A stretch of 64,000 nucleotides of DNA. Origin: Octopus sinensis. Taxonomy: Eukaryota. The notes under the pieces are model-generated. The model saw nothing but the letters and a program-made list of their open reading frames with translations. It had not been told where the DNA came from and ran no database searches. The position numbers were made by a program, and so were the translations under genes. This document shows positions 1 through 11,992 of this stretch, in pieces (positions within the stretch are counted from its first letter, which is position 1; each line of letters begins with the position of its first letter). The DNA is taken from contig NC_043001.1 in assembly GCF_006345805.1 (NCBI RefSeq), positions 26,164,001 to 26,228,000 of the forward strand, given 5' to 3'.

Positions 1-1115
1 AATCATTATCATTTCTCATGTTAATACCAATGTCTACAGACAAAAATTCCAACAACTAATCTATGCAACAATTCTTCAGATCTGTTTTCCAAACATTTAA
101 AATGTCCTTGCTGAAAGCAAAAAAATTCTAAACATTTTTTTCTCAAAAACACTCTATAACATTTGGGTATGCCGATAGATGAAAATTTCCATGTGAAATC
201 TTAAACATTTACTTTATTTAGACATTAAATATTTAACTATTTCAGGGGAAGCATCCACATTTGCATCTTTTTCCTTTTTTTTTTTTTTTTTTTTTTTTTA
301 CTAGAGTGGCATTCCTCATTGATTAATTTGGCACTTGAATGGAATAGATTTTGATAACTTTGTTATTTATTTACTTTTACTTTCGTTTGCTTATGGTGAT
401 CTTTCAAATGATTATTAGATATGTTTCCTTTCCTTTGCTCTATTCCACACCCATCCATCTCTCTGTCTCAATGATAGTAGCACAGGAAGAAGAGAGAAAA
501 AAAATGAAAAATGAGAGAGACAGAAGGGGTGGGAGGTAAACCAACAATAAAAAACCCAGAAAAACATTCAGAGTGGAATTTGGGGATAGGGAAAAGATGA
601 TAGAAGTGAGAGGTAAGGGAGACATTAGACAGGAATAAAACATTTATGATCAGACCTCCCCCACTATACATTAGGCAGATGATCAAATAAAATGTCCTAA
701 TAATATTTATATAGCTCAGCCCCTGTCTGAGAGGGAGACTAACAAAACCAAAGGGTAATGTAATTTGTGACATGTTTGAAACATTTTTAAAGGACAATGG
801 TCAGAATTGACTGTGGTAAAGATATTTTCAATATGAGGAGAGTGACAATCCTTAAAATAAATACTTTACTACACAATCCATATGGTTTATTTCACAGTAA
901 TGATGCCTATGTTTATTTAGAGCCTCTCAGGCAGACATAACTGTGCACTGATTAGTCATTCAAATCTGGGAATTTCTTATCGAAACACACATGCTAAATT
1001 ACATTGTCAAGAAATTAGAATTTTACTTTAATGATATCGAGAATGATTTTAGGATTTCGTTTTCTTTCAGAAAAAGAGTTTAGCATTATTTTGGGAAAGA
1101 ATATTTTCAATATAC

Positions 1116-1545
1116 ATCATCATTATCATCATCATCGTTTAACGTCTGCTTTCTATGCTAGCATGGGTTGGACGATTTGACTGAGGACTGGAGAACCAGA
1201 TGGCTGCACCAGGCTCCAGTCTGATCTGGCAGAGTTTCTACAGCTTGATGCCCTTCCTAACGCCAACCACTCCGAGAGTGTAGTGGATGCTTTTAAAGTG
1301 CCACTGGCACGAGGGCCAGTCTGGCAGTACTGGCAATGGCCACACTTGAAAATGGTGTTTTTTACGTGCCACCTGCACATGAGTCAGTCCAGCAGCACTG
1401 GCAACGACCTTGCTCGAATGTTTTGTTCACGTACCACTGGCACGATTGCCAGTGAGGCGACGCTGACAACGATCATGCTCAAATGGTGCTCTTTATGTGC
1501 CAGACAGCTGCTCTGGCAGTGATCCCGCTTGGATGGAGCTGTTAG
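1116..1545 (-). mobile_element. SINE/LINE-3'-like repeat family B, (GAT)n tail, internal GGTGCTTTTTACGTGCCACCGGCAC subrepeats
   Basis: Shares the CATCATCGTTTAACGTC..CATGCTAGCATGGGTTGGAC..GGATGCCCTTCCTAACGCCAACCAC block with about 10 other loci in the window. Confidence 0.8.
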
Positions 1546-3002
1546 AATATAACAAAATAAAAATGATGTCATAGTGGTAATTTGGTGTAGAATCCTTTCC
1601 CAAAATAGTTGTAACTATGTGCATGCAATGGTTAATAGATTATGATTGATCTTGTTTAAACTGGTGATGTCTCACACAGAATGGTCAACATTAACATGAA
1701 ACAGGTGTAATGCAAATAAAATTAGAGCATGAGATGACAATGTTAAGAGCACAAGCAAGAAGAAACTTGTACAACGGCCTGTCATTTTTTTACTTAATAG
1801 ACCAGTAGATATTTTTTCATAATTATTTCAGTGCTTACTTTCCTTGACACTGTCACAGCAACTTTAATTTCTAAGAATAAACCTTATAATAATATTTTTC
1901 TTTACTCCTGTTGATTGGTGTTCTTTTATATAACTAAACATCATACTCTGCAAGGTATGTGTTTTTTTAATTAATAAGATATTCCAACTGACATGGCAGC
2001 CGACCAGCTATTTGATGTATTTATATAAAGCAATGATTATAGATTTCTTTGTAATTCCAATAAAATGGTTCTTCATTATATTTACGATGAAGATTGCTAG
2101 AATAAATAAATATATAAATAAATAAGGTAAAAAAGCTTGCATTTTTATTTTTATATACTAGACTAGTGATTTTCATTTTTTTTTTTTTAATAATGTTATC
2201 TTCAACGGTAACCATAGAATTTTGAAAGACTTTTCCTAACTTAGAGTTTTATCTATATTCCAAACTTATTATAAGTTAGTATTTAGAAATCTGATAATTT
2301 GCCAACATCCTTAGATATTGTCTGCAGCCTCCTGCTGGGGAAGCCCAGTTTTAAAACGATGTATTCCACTCTGAGAAAAACCATGTTAAGATTCATCTAC
2401 TGACAGGAAATTAACCTCTTATGGTGAAGAATGGAGATAATACAGAATAGCAGCACAATAACAAAGAGGACAGTTACAACAAACTTCAGCTATGGCTGAA
2501 TTATAGAATATGCTTTTGTCTTCAGTGTCCATCGATCTATCAAGTCTCATTTATAAAGCTGAAATAGAAGTCAGGGAAAAGTGACATTTTCCAATTCTTA
2601 ATCAGACTCCAAATAAGCTGTAAAGGAAATCAATGTATTTCAACAAGAAGGTCACCTCTGTCGAAGTACAAACATATTGCATAAACTAATAACAAAATAA
2701 AAACATATTCTTCTTAATACATAATTATAAAGAAGACATGCAGATAACTTTATGTAAATTGTCCACATTAAGCTGCAGAGTCTGATAAAGGTGGTTAGTA
2801 CAATACAATACAATGTTGCCCGTCTAGGTAATGTAATAAAATACTGTTGAGGTTAACTTCTATTTTTAATGCTTCTTGGTTTAACAAAGTCAGTACCAGT
2901 AGTGTACAAGCAATTATGCTTGTCTCCAAAAATTAATTGTGTACCTAAGTATGAAACTAATTTTTCACATCTAAACTAACTATGACTTAACTATCCTCTC
3001 AC

Positions 3003-3284
3003 ACCATCTCTGATGAAGGGATATAATTAACCCTTTCATTACCAACCCGGCTGAAACCGGCTCTGGCACTGAGTACAAATGTCTTGTTTTCATAAGTTTT
3101 GAATTAAAATCTTCCACCAAACCTTAGTCACAATTTATGTTCCTAACACTAGCTGAGTGATAACTAAGTTATTTTACTAAATTCTTTACTATATTTAAAG
3201 TAATTAAAAGAAACACAGCGCATCTCAAAATAAATACAGTAACGAAAGGGTTAATAAATATCCTAGAAACAGCTGTAAGACCGT
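3003..3284 (+). ncRNA. Minimal hammerhead ribozyme motif (PLE-type) interrupted by a TTAA MITE
   Basis: TCT-CTGATGA-AGGGATAT..[MITE]..ATATCCTA-GAA-ACAGCTGT-A-AGA: core boxes, stem II, palindromic stem III, GUA site, short stem I. Confidence 0.65.
3031..3250. mobile_element. piggyBac-like MITE (family 1)
   Basis: TTAA on both sides (3027-3030, 3251-3254); TIR CCCTTTCATTAC / GTAACGAAAGGG; close second copy at 8702-8924. Confidence 0.85.
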
Positions 3285-3829
3285 CTATCTAAAAATGCTC
3301 TAATATCTACACAGCCTTGGTTTTTTATCTTATTATGCAAAAAAAATTCTTATATGAAACTAATTTTATTAACGTAAACATGAACAGTTTATATTACAAC
3401 TACTTTTCTTTTATATTATCATCATAACCTTCAGAAGTAGTAGAGTTAAAAAAAAAAAAAGGTAGCATGATTAACTAAATAACTCACAATACCTAGTTTC
3501 TACGTTCAGATCCTGCTAGGGTCAACATTGCTTTTCATCTTTCATAAAGCAAGTATCAGTTAAGTACTGAAGTAGGTCATGTGTGTGTGTGTGCATGCAT
3601 GTGTGTGTGTGTGTGTGTGTATTTGATTTTACTTTTAGTTGTAATAAAAACAATTTTACCTTAATCTGAGGGGTAACTCTAAACTTTTGTAGAGTACAAG
3701 TTTATTCTCAAACAAGAATATTATTGACAGTGACTTTGAAGATTTGGCCAGATAAGCTATCACCACACTGGCCGAAACTCTGAAGTCACCATGAACCATA
3801 TTCTTGATTAAGAATATATCTAGGTCGTT

Positions 3830-4090
3830 GACAGTGCCGCTGGACTGGCTCCTATGCAGGTGGCACATAAAAACACCATTTGAGTGTGGCCATTGCCAGT
3901 ACCGCCTGACTGGCTCTCATGCCGGTGGCACATAAAAGCATCCGCTACACTCTTGGAGTGGTTGGTATCAGGAAGGGCATCCAAGTGTAGAAACTCTACT
4001 GATCAGATTGGAGCCTGGTGCAACCATCTGGTTCACCAGTCCTCATTCAAATCATCCAACCCATGCTAGCATGGAAAGCATCATCACTAA
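3830..4090 (+). mobile_element. Repeat family B copy
   Basis: Reverse complement of the 1116-1545 block (GGAAGGGCATCC..CCAACCCATGCTAGCATGGAAAGC). Confidence 0.75.
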
Positions 4091-4308
4091 CACTTTTGAT
4101 ACCAACCCATCTAAAACTGTCTCTTGATTCTGTGATGCAAACTTCTTGTTTTAAAGAGACTTAAAACTTTCCACTAAAATCTGTTGGGTTATGTCCTAAA
4201 CACCAGCTTAATAATGATAAAGTCATTTTACTAAACTTTCTGTTATTTTAAGAATTAACTGAAGTAAAGGATGTGTATTTCAACAGAAATATGGCAACAA
4301 AATGGCTA
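4088..4308. mobile_element. Degraded relative of TTAA MITE family 1 (others near 25620-25780, 55355-55573, 57548-57770)
   Basis: Shared internal motifs CACCAGCTTAATAATGA..TTTTACTAAA..CAACAGAAATATGG. Confidence 0.55.
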
Positions 4309-4944
4309 AAGGTATTCCACCTATAAACATTATGGCTTTTATTCAAACATAATACATCCCAGACCATATTATCCAAGATGCTGCACTTTTTCTCAGATGG
4401 TTGGGCTTGAATTAGAAAGAGATTTCGCTGACAATTTTAGTGGCTGCTGCATAGATACTTCCTTGCTGACTTGATTACATTAAAGTTGAGCATAATGATA
4501 ATGGTGATGATGATCATGATGATGATGGTAACAGCCTCAGTAGTTCTAGTCAAACCATGTTACCCATGACAGCATGGAAAACAGATGCTAAACGATGATG
4601 ACGATGATGATGATGATGATGATGATGATAACATACTTATACACACACACACACACACACATGTGCACACAGTCAAATGATTTACTTCAGTACTTAAGTG
4701 AAGTTAACCTCAAAATTTTATTACATTACCTAGAGGGGCAACACTATATTGTACCACCCACCTTTATCATTCTCTGCAGCTTAATGTAATCTTGAGGGTT
4801 AAATAACGACAGCTATAAGTAAGCACCATAAGTGATCTTAAGTTTCTGTGGTTTAAACAAATCCTTAGTTATACATCAGGACTTCACCAGTTCAGCTTAT
4901 TTTTACAAGCAACAAAACTTGACACATTTCACAATTCTTAGGTT

Positions 4945-5031
4945 TTGTGTGTGTGTGTGGTGTGTGTGTGTGTGTGTGTGTGTGTACGTACATACACATA
5001 CAAATATACATATATACAAATACACACACAT

Positions 5032-5066
<35 letters not shown>

Positions 5067-5082
5067 ACACACACACACACAT
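4945..5082. repeat. (TG)n/(CA)n compound microsatellite
   Basis: Directly visible. Confidence 0.95.
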
Positions 5083-5127
5083 GCGCATACTAGTGCATTC
5101 TAGAAGTTTTGAGACTTTGTTTTAGGA

Positions 5128-5510
5128 GAGGAGCGGCTGTGTGGTAAGTAGCTTGCTTACCAACCACATGGTTCCGGGGTTCAGTCCCACTGCGTGGCAC
5201 CTTGGGCAAGTGTCTACTACTATAGCCTCAGGCCGACCAAAGCCTTGTGAGTGGATTTGGTAGACGGAAACTGAAAGAAGCCTGTCGTATATATGTATAT
5301 GTGTGTGTTTGTGTGTCTGTGCTTGTCCCCCCCAACATCGCTTGGCAACCGATGCTGGTGTGTTTACGTCCCCGTAACTTAGCAGTTCGGCAAAATAGAC
5401 CGATAGAACAAGTACTAGGCTTACAAAGAATAAGTCCTGGGGTCGATTTGTTCGACTAAAGGTGGTGCTCCAGCATGGCCACAGTCAAATGACTGAAACA
5501 AGTGAAAGAG
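5128..5510 (+). mobile_element. tRNA-derived SINE family A, full length, with central microsatellite
   Basis: GGCTGTGTGGTAAG (A-box-like), GGTTCAGTCCC (B-box-like), 3' CAGTCAAATGACTGAAACAAGT; more than 12 copies in the window. Confidence 0.85.
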
Positions 5511-5519
5511 AAAGCCCAA

Positions 5520-5870
5520 AATTGATACAAAGTTTGTTCCTGGAATGCTGAATGATGAGCACCCTGGTAACCGACTACTTGACAGAAATGGGCACCTAAA
5601 CTGTCCCACACCCTCCCTACTATCCATTTGGTTGTTCCCCGAATTTAAGGAGAACCTTAGGAGGCCGTTATTTTGAAGATGAAGGAGGCTGTGACAAGGA
5701 TCCTAGACACCTTCACTTTGGAGCATTTTCATGGGGTCTTCATGAAGTAGCTAGAGCATTACAAGTGCATTGAAGTGAGCGGATCCTACTTTGAAGGAGA
5801 TTAGTATTTTGTGCTTGTCTGAAATAAATGAATGACTCTCCTGAAAATGTCTGAAATCTTCAGGAATATG
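5520..5870 (+). pseudogene. Decayed mariner transposase C-terminal fragment
   Basis: Translates to LFPEFKENL..KCIEVSGSYFEGD*, resembling mariner C-termini; frameshifted. Confidence 0.6.
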
Positions 5871-5996
5871 CCTGTCCATGTATGTTTACACACACATATA
5901 TATTTATATAAAACCCATGCCAGCATGGAAAGGGGACACTAAATGATGATGATGATGATATATATATATATATATATATATAAGTGATAATGATAT

Positions 5997-6040
<44 letters not shown>

Positions 6041-6234
6041 CACACACACACACACATATCTATATGTGTTGTATGTATACATGTATACATACATATATAT
6101 TTATATTGATGCATGCATATATATATATAGTTATCAGTAACAATGAAGGGTGAAATTAATTAATTTGGAATAATTATCAATTATACCAAGTAGTCTTCGG
6201 CATGTAAAAGCCTCATTCGAGGAAAATTTAAGTA

Positions 6235-6481
6235 ATACTAAGCAATTAAGGGTTTAGCAACGAATTGCCTTACCGCACACCGAATTTAGAAATAGCAGTC
6301 AAAGAGATTATAGCTATTTCTTCTACTAAAAGGGAGATCTCAGTAAAAACACAGCCTTTCAAATGCTGTGTTTTTACTGAGATCTCCCTTTTAGTAGAAG
6401 AAATAGCTATAATCTCTTTGACTGCTATTTCTAAATTTGGTGTGCGGTAAGGCAATTCGTTGCTAAACCCTTAATTGCTTA

Positions 6482-6485
<4 letters not shown>
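6235..6485. repeat. Near-perfect inverted repeat, 121-bp arms, 9-nt spacer
   Basis: 6235-6355 is the reverse complement of 6365-6485 with one mismatch seen; the mirror ORFs 6265+/6270- reflect this. Confidence 0.95.
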
Positions 6486-6548
<63 letters not shown>

Positions 6549-6727
6549 TATTTATATTGATGCATAATATATGTGTATATATATATATATATGTATGTAT
6601 TATATATATATATATATGTATGTATATATATATATGTATGTATATATATATATATATGTATGTATATATATATATATATGTATGTATATATATATATATA
6701 TATATGTAGTATATATATATATATATG

Positions 6728-6768
<41 letters not shown>

Positions 6769-6838
6769 ATTATATATATGTATGTATATATATATATATA
6801 TGTATGTATGTATATATATATATATATATATGTATGTA
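6484..6838. repeat. (TA)n/(TATG)n microsatellite
   Basis: Directly visible; source of the spurious YI-rich ORFs. Confidence 0.95.
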
Positions 6839-7218
6839 GTGGCTAACGATCTATCATACACACACATATGGAGGAAGCCACTCAATTTGATCACTGTTAG
6901 ATCAAAAATAACCAGCTGATAACATTAATTAAGTAAATGATATAACAATATCATGAGCATGTGGCGGACCCACTAACTTTGATATCATTATTCATGATTA
7001 TAATAGTTAGCTTTCACTGAAGAATAGCTTTTAAAAAACATATTATTAAATACATTTTCTACTTTTTCCCTTTGGTATATATTCTAATTATTTCAAAACT
7101 ATCTGCAGACACAATAACATGTAAATTAATATCATTTATGGATGATTTATAGTAGATAAAAATAGTTCATCTTTCTCCTGCTATTACACTCACTGAATTA
7201 ATTTTTTTTACTATCAAT

Positions 7219-7515
7219 GCATGGCTGTATGGTTAAGAAGCTTGCTTTGCAACCATGCAGCTTCAGGTTCAGTCCCACTTTATGGCAGCCTTAAGCAAGA
7301 GTCTTCTACAATAGCTCTAGGATGACCAATGCTTTGTGAATGAATTTGGCAGATAGAAACTGTGTGGAAGCCTTTAGGAAGGACATCCAGCCATAGAAAC
7401 CATGCCAAATCAGACTTGAGTCTGGTGCAGCCCCTCAGCTTGCCAGCCCTGGTCAAACTGTCCAACTCATGACAGCAAAGATAGCAGACATTAAATGATG
7501 ATGATGATGATGATG
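7219..7515 (+). mobile_element. Degraded SINE A 5' half joined to a family B 3' end
   Basis: GGCTGTATGGTTAAGAAGCTTGC..GGTTCAGTCCCAC, then GGAAGGACATCCAGCC..(GAT)n. Confidence 0.6.
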
Positions 7516-8055
7516 TGTGTGTGTGTGCACGTTTGTATGTATGTATAGGTGATTGTATGTGTGTGTATGTATAGGTGAGTGTATGTATACTCATGTTTGT
7601 GTGTGTCTTTGTCTTTGTGTGTGTGTGTGTGTGTGTATGTTTCTCCCCCACTTAATGACCAGTGTTGGCTCGTGTATATCCTTGTAACTTCATAATTAGG
7701 ATCTCATTGATAACAAGAACTCATCAACAGATGAATGCCAACAGTATTGCGATTTCAGTAGCTGGTTACATGACCTCAACGACAAGAATGGATTAAATAG
7801 TTAAAAGTACAGAAAAAATTAAGCAGTATTTCTCAGGAGCTGTTGTTTAATCCCAGGCCAGATCAGCCTTTATTGAGTAATCCTATCACTGAATATTCCA
7901 CCCATGGCCATCCCATTTAATTTTAGACAATATATCAAAACTACTATCAAAATTGTATCTTTACTTTTTCTAAGATGGTAGGATAGGTTTGAGGAAAATT
8001 TCAATGCTTTTTCTAGCAGGTCCAGAGACCAAGTAGAGACTCATCTATCATTTAT

Positions 8056-8264
8056 GTTTCGATTGTTTCAGTCATTGGATTGTGGCTATGCTGGAGCATC
8101 ACTTTGAAAGGTTTTAATGGAAGAAATCAACACCAATATCTTATTTTTAAATTTGATACTTGTTCGACAGTCTTTTTACCGAACTGCTATAGTACAGGGA
8201 CATAAACAAACCAACAAGTTGTCAAGCAGAGGAACAACACACACACACACACCACACACACACA

Positions 8265-8295
<31 letters not shown>

Positions 8296-8492
8296 CCACA
8301 CACACACACACCACACACATACACACACACACACACACAATACACACATATATGATGGGCTTCTTTCAGTTTCTATCAACCAAATTTACTCACAAAGCTT
8401 TGGTTTGAAAACACTTTGCCCAAGGTGCTACATAGTGGGACTGAATCCAAAATCATGTGGTTGGGAAGCAAACTTCTTACCACACAGCCATG
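8056..8492 (-). mobile_element. SINE family A copy (degraded)
   Basis: Reverse-complement match to 5128-5510 with a (CA)n centre. Confidence 0.7.
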
Positions 8493-8566
8493 TCTATGCC
8501 TATGGTAGGATATGGTTTGAGGAAAATTTGCCTGCTTTTTCTAGCAGGTCCAATGACCATATAGAG

Positions 8567-9041
8567 CAATGGTTCTCAACTGGTGTTCATATGACCCTCG
8601 TAGGTCCATATAATATTTCGTTGTTAAAATTTATGTGTAATAAACTGCTTATACTTTTACAATACACAATTTTCTTTTATACAATTCCTGATAACATTTA
8701 ACCCTTTTGTTACCAACCCTGCTGAAACCAGCTCTGGCTCTGTAGTACAAGTGTCTTGTTTTCATAAGTTTTGAATTAAAATCTTCCACCAAACCTAAGT
8801 CACAATTAATGTTCCTAACACTAGCTTAATGATGACTAAGTTATTTTACTAAATTCTTTGTTATATTTTACAATTAATTGAAAGAAACACAGAGCATCTC
8901 AAAATAAATACAGTAACAAAAGGGTTAATTATAAAAATACAGTAGGAATTTTTGTTATCTGTATCAAATGGCTATGGAGGTCAAGTAGAGCAAAATAGGA
9001 ATCAAAGGATTCCACTGATAAAAAATGGTTGAGAAGCACTG
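8567..9041. mobile_element. hAT/Charlie-like MITE carrying a nested TTAA MITE
   Basis: TIR CAATGGTTCTCAAC / GTTGAGAAGCACTG; 8-bp TSD ATATAGAG/ATGTAGAG; uninterrupted sibling at 47569-47823. Confidence 0.8.
8702..8924. mobile_element. piggyBac-like MITE (family 1)
   Basis: TTAA-CCCTTTTGTTAC..GTAACAAAAGGG-TTAA; homologous to 3031-3250. Confidence 0.85.
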
Positions 9042-9961
9042 ATGTAGAGGCTCATTTGTTGGTTTGTTGGTCAGAGATATTTCCCTTAAATCACTTTGTA
9101 AAGATTCTCAGTGTCTATGTTAAGAAATCAATATTTAACAGGTAGCAGCACAACCAGCAGACGCAGCAAATGAGTAATGAGGTTTTAGACAGAAAGAAAC
9201 CAGATGCTTTCAGAATTACTGATTACACATCAGGTAGTACCCAGTGGAGGTCTGAAATTACAGGTGGTGCCTGGTCATTTGATTGATTTAACCAGCATTG
9301 CTGTGGTGGTGTCATTAATAATAACTTAGTGAACGTTGAGAGGCCTGCTTTTATTGATAACAAAAATTTTCTCCATCACAACACAAATGTAACAGTCGTA
9401 TTTATAGACTGGCTGTTGTAATATATTCAAAGGTAAGAAAAGAATTGAAAATAAAGATTACAGTGTAGACGGAAATCAAGTTAATACATAAAGCCATAAA
9501 AAAAAGTCTTTGAATTTTATAGTGCATTCATGCTGAGAACAGATGATGAGAATTGGATGACTGATGGTAGTGGGTTGGGGATAGGATACCTACTTAAGAG
9601 AGGATTACCTGTTGAGATGACTAAGAGCTCAAGTGAGAGAGCCTCAGAGTGGCATGTAGACATGCTAGAAATAATAAGCAAACTTCCTTCTAATCACACC
9701 TTACTATCTTAAAAATAAAGGACACAATAGATAATGTAATCCTGAAAATAAGAAAGGATGGTTAAGGCTGGTATGCCTTTGATGAGAGGTTTATCTGATC
9801 AGGGTTGACTTAGACTAAACAACAAAAACAACAGCTAAGAAGTCAACAGGTTATGAGGAGATGCATATAACTAGTGTAGTAGACATGAAGGAGAAGATGG
9901 GGAAGAAAAGGGGAGGGGCAGGCAAAGAAGACAGAAGAGAATAATAGAGAAAGGAAAATTA

Positions 9962-10165
9962 ACATATTCGATGGCATGTAAGATGCACTTTTTTTTTCAG
10001 AAAGATGTCTCAAAAAAAAAAAAAAAGAAAGAAAGAAATCACTTATGTGTAAGGTTGGGTTTCCCATAAGCTTTAATGTACTTTTAACATTTTATCCTGA
10101 ACATACACTGTTGAAATTGGGGTGTGTCTGATATTCCTGGGAATCTTTCAAGCCATCAAATATGG
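9962..10165. mobile_element. Degraded Tc/pogo-like MITE
   Basis: Imperfect TIR CATATTCGATGGC / GCCATCAAATATGG-TA. Confidence 0.45.
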
Positions 10166-10742
10166 TAGAAAGAAAAACAGAAGCTAACAGAAAACTGATA
10201 ATCATTAAATAGATAAAGGTGATATGAAAATAAATATCTTGCCCCTCCCACCATAATTATTTCTCCATAATTTGAAAAGACAACCATTTCGTGTATAATT
10301 TGTTTATTACAAGCCAACATAATGGGATGGAATGGGGGATCTTGATGATCACTTGACTAGCTAAATATAGAAGCTGAATCTCCTCCATATTGTAACTGCT
10401 GTCTAAAAAAAAAAATTAAAGGGAAGACATATTGGATAATGTAATTATTGATAGATTGGTTGGAAAAAATATAGTCACATATAGAATGTCATTGCTTATA
10501 AGTTTGATTGTTCAGACAGAGCTGACCTGCGGCTATGTAACAAGAAATTACTTATTACATCAGTCTGTAAACAAATGAACAAGATTAATTGAAGTAATTG
10601 CAGAGACAGCAGAATTAAAAAAAAAAAAAAGAATTAAATCGATAGAACAAGTTTGATGTGAATAAATCAATAGCCACAGAAAATGTGTTTACCTTGACCA
10701 AATAGCTTTATGAAAATAGGTGTGATATTTGAAGCAACATAC

Positions 10743-10855
10743 CTGTATTCTTCTTCAGGATATTCTATGACTTTCAAAACATTATTTTTCCAAGCTTCTA
10801 GCTCATCAAACTCCAGTTTGGCTTCAATGGCAGCCAAAGACTGTTCAGGTTTAAT
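10743..10855 (-). CDS. Coding exon F (IKPEQSLAAIEAKLEFDELEAWKNNVLKVIEYPEEEY+AG)
   Basis: 113 nt; T-rich tract and cctag acceptor, gtatgt donor; phase 0 to 2; next exon not found in the window. Confidence 0.9.
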
Positions 10856-11499
10856 CTAGGTAAAAGAAAATAAAACAAAGAAGAAAAAAAATGAAAATAA
10901 AAATAAATTACTGCTGACACCTCCAAAACCACCACCAAAGCCACCACTACCATCACCAACACCACCTGTACAGATATTTTTACATTGGCCCATTGTAGGA
11001 GTAGAAGCATTATTGATTGAATTAACCCAAGTTGTTCTTTTTTTTTTTTAATTCAAATTTTAATTTCATAATGCAGTTTGCAAACAATAGTTCTAGTTCA
11101 GTGCTTTTACAATGAAGTAGGCATCTAAGGACTGCCTGCACAAATTGGTTGGAACAAACATCACAAGGAATTTTCATTTAATGGTCATCAGTTTATTGCA
11201 TTCCTTGCTAAAGCTTATATCGTTTGCTGGAACAGACACACTTACACTCATACACCATTCGTTCATTTAACATCTATTTTCCATGCTAGCATGGCTCAGA
11301 TGGGGAATTGAAGTAGGGTTTTTACAGATCCTCTCCTTATAGCCAACCCTTACCTGTTTCTCAAGAAAGGGAATTTAAAAGGAATTTGAAAGCATTGAGC
11401 TAGCAGATTTGTGAGCAGGAAATATCAACAAACATCACCTTTTTTTTTTTTTTGCTGTGTGTAGCTCAATATGGATTGTAAACAATTACACATACACAC

Positions 11500-11660
11500 A
11501 CACAATGGGCTTCTTTCAGTTTCTATCTACCAAACTCCTTCACAAGGTATTGGTTGGCCTGAGGCTACAGTAGAAGACATGTGCCCAAAGTGCCATGCAG
11601 TGGGACTGAACTCAAAGCCACATAGTTGTGAAGTGAACTTCTTAACCACACATCCATGTT
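11500..11660 (-). mobile_element. SINE family A 5' half
   Basis: GGGCTTCTTTCAGTTTC..GCAGTGGGACTGAAC match. Confidence 0.7.
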
Positions 11661-11774
11661 TGCGCATGCACACACTCACACACACACACATTGATCTGGT
11701 GGTCATTAAGAAAATTAAGAGTTGAAGAATAGTTCAGCAAAAGTACCAACCATGTATGAAGATGTTATCAGCTA

Positions 11775-11992
11775 TTCAGGGTTGGAATTGAGTTTGGAGT
11801 GCAAGCAGGGGTCCCCTCCTATTTATTATGGCCCTGAAGACACAACAGAAGAGGTTAAGACTGATTGCACATGATGACCTATATACCGATGACCTAGTGC
11901 TTATTAGCTGAGACTGTGTAAGATTTAGAGCAAAAGTCCTAGATGTGGAAACAAAATTTAGAATCAAGAGACCTCAGAGTAAACTTGGAAAG
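11775..11992 (+). pseudogene. RTE-like LINE reverse-transcriptase fragment
   Basis: Decayed PLLFIMAL and YTDDLVL (YADD-like) motifs, with stops and frameshifts. Confidence 0.55.

Noticed and set aside
2021-2096. Candidate terminal exon after exon F (S-NLHRKYNEEPFYWNYKEIYNHCFI*)
   Set aside because: Phase fits, but it has intron-like AT composition and no other support
6265-6455. Near-identical ORFs on both strands (MPYRTPNLEIAVKE..)
   Set aside because: A consequence of the palindrome; non-ATG starts and no splice or homology support
6463-6919. YI/HT/VC-rich ORFs here and at 4832, 8117, 21876, 26918, 29357, 33018, 58904 and 63086
   Set aside because: Translations of microsatellites, not genes
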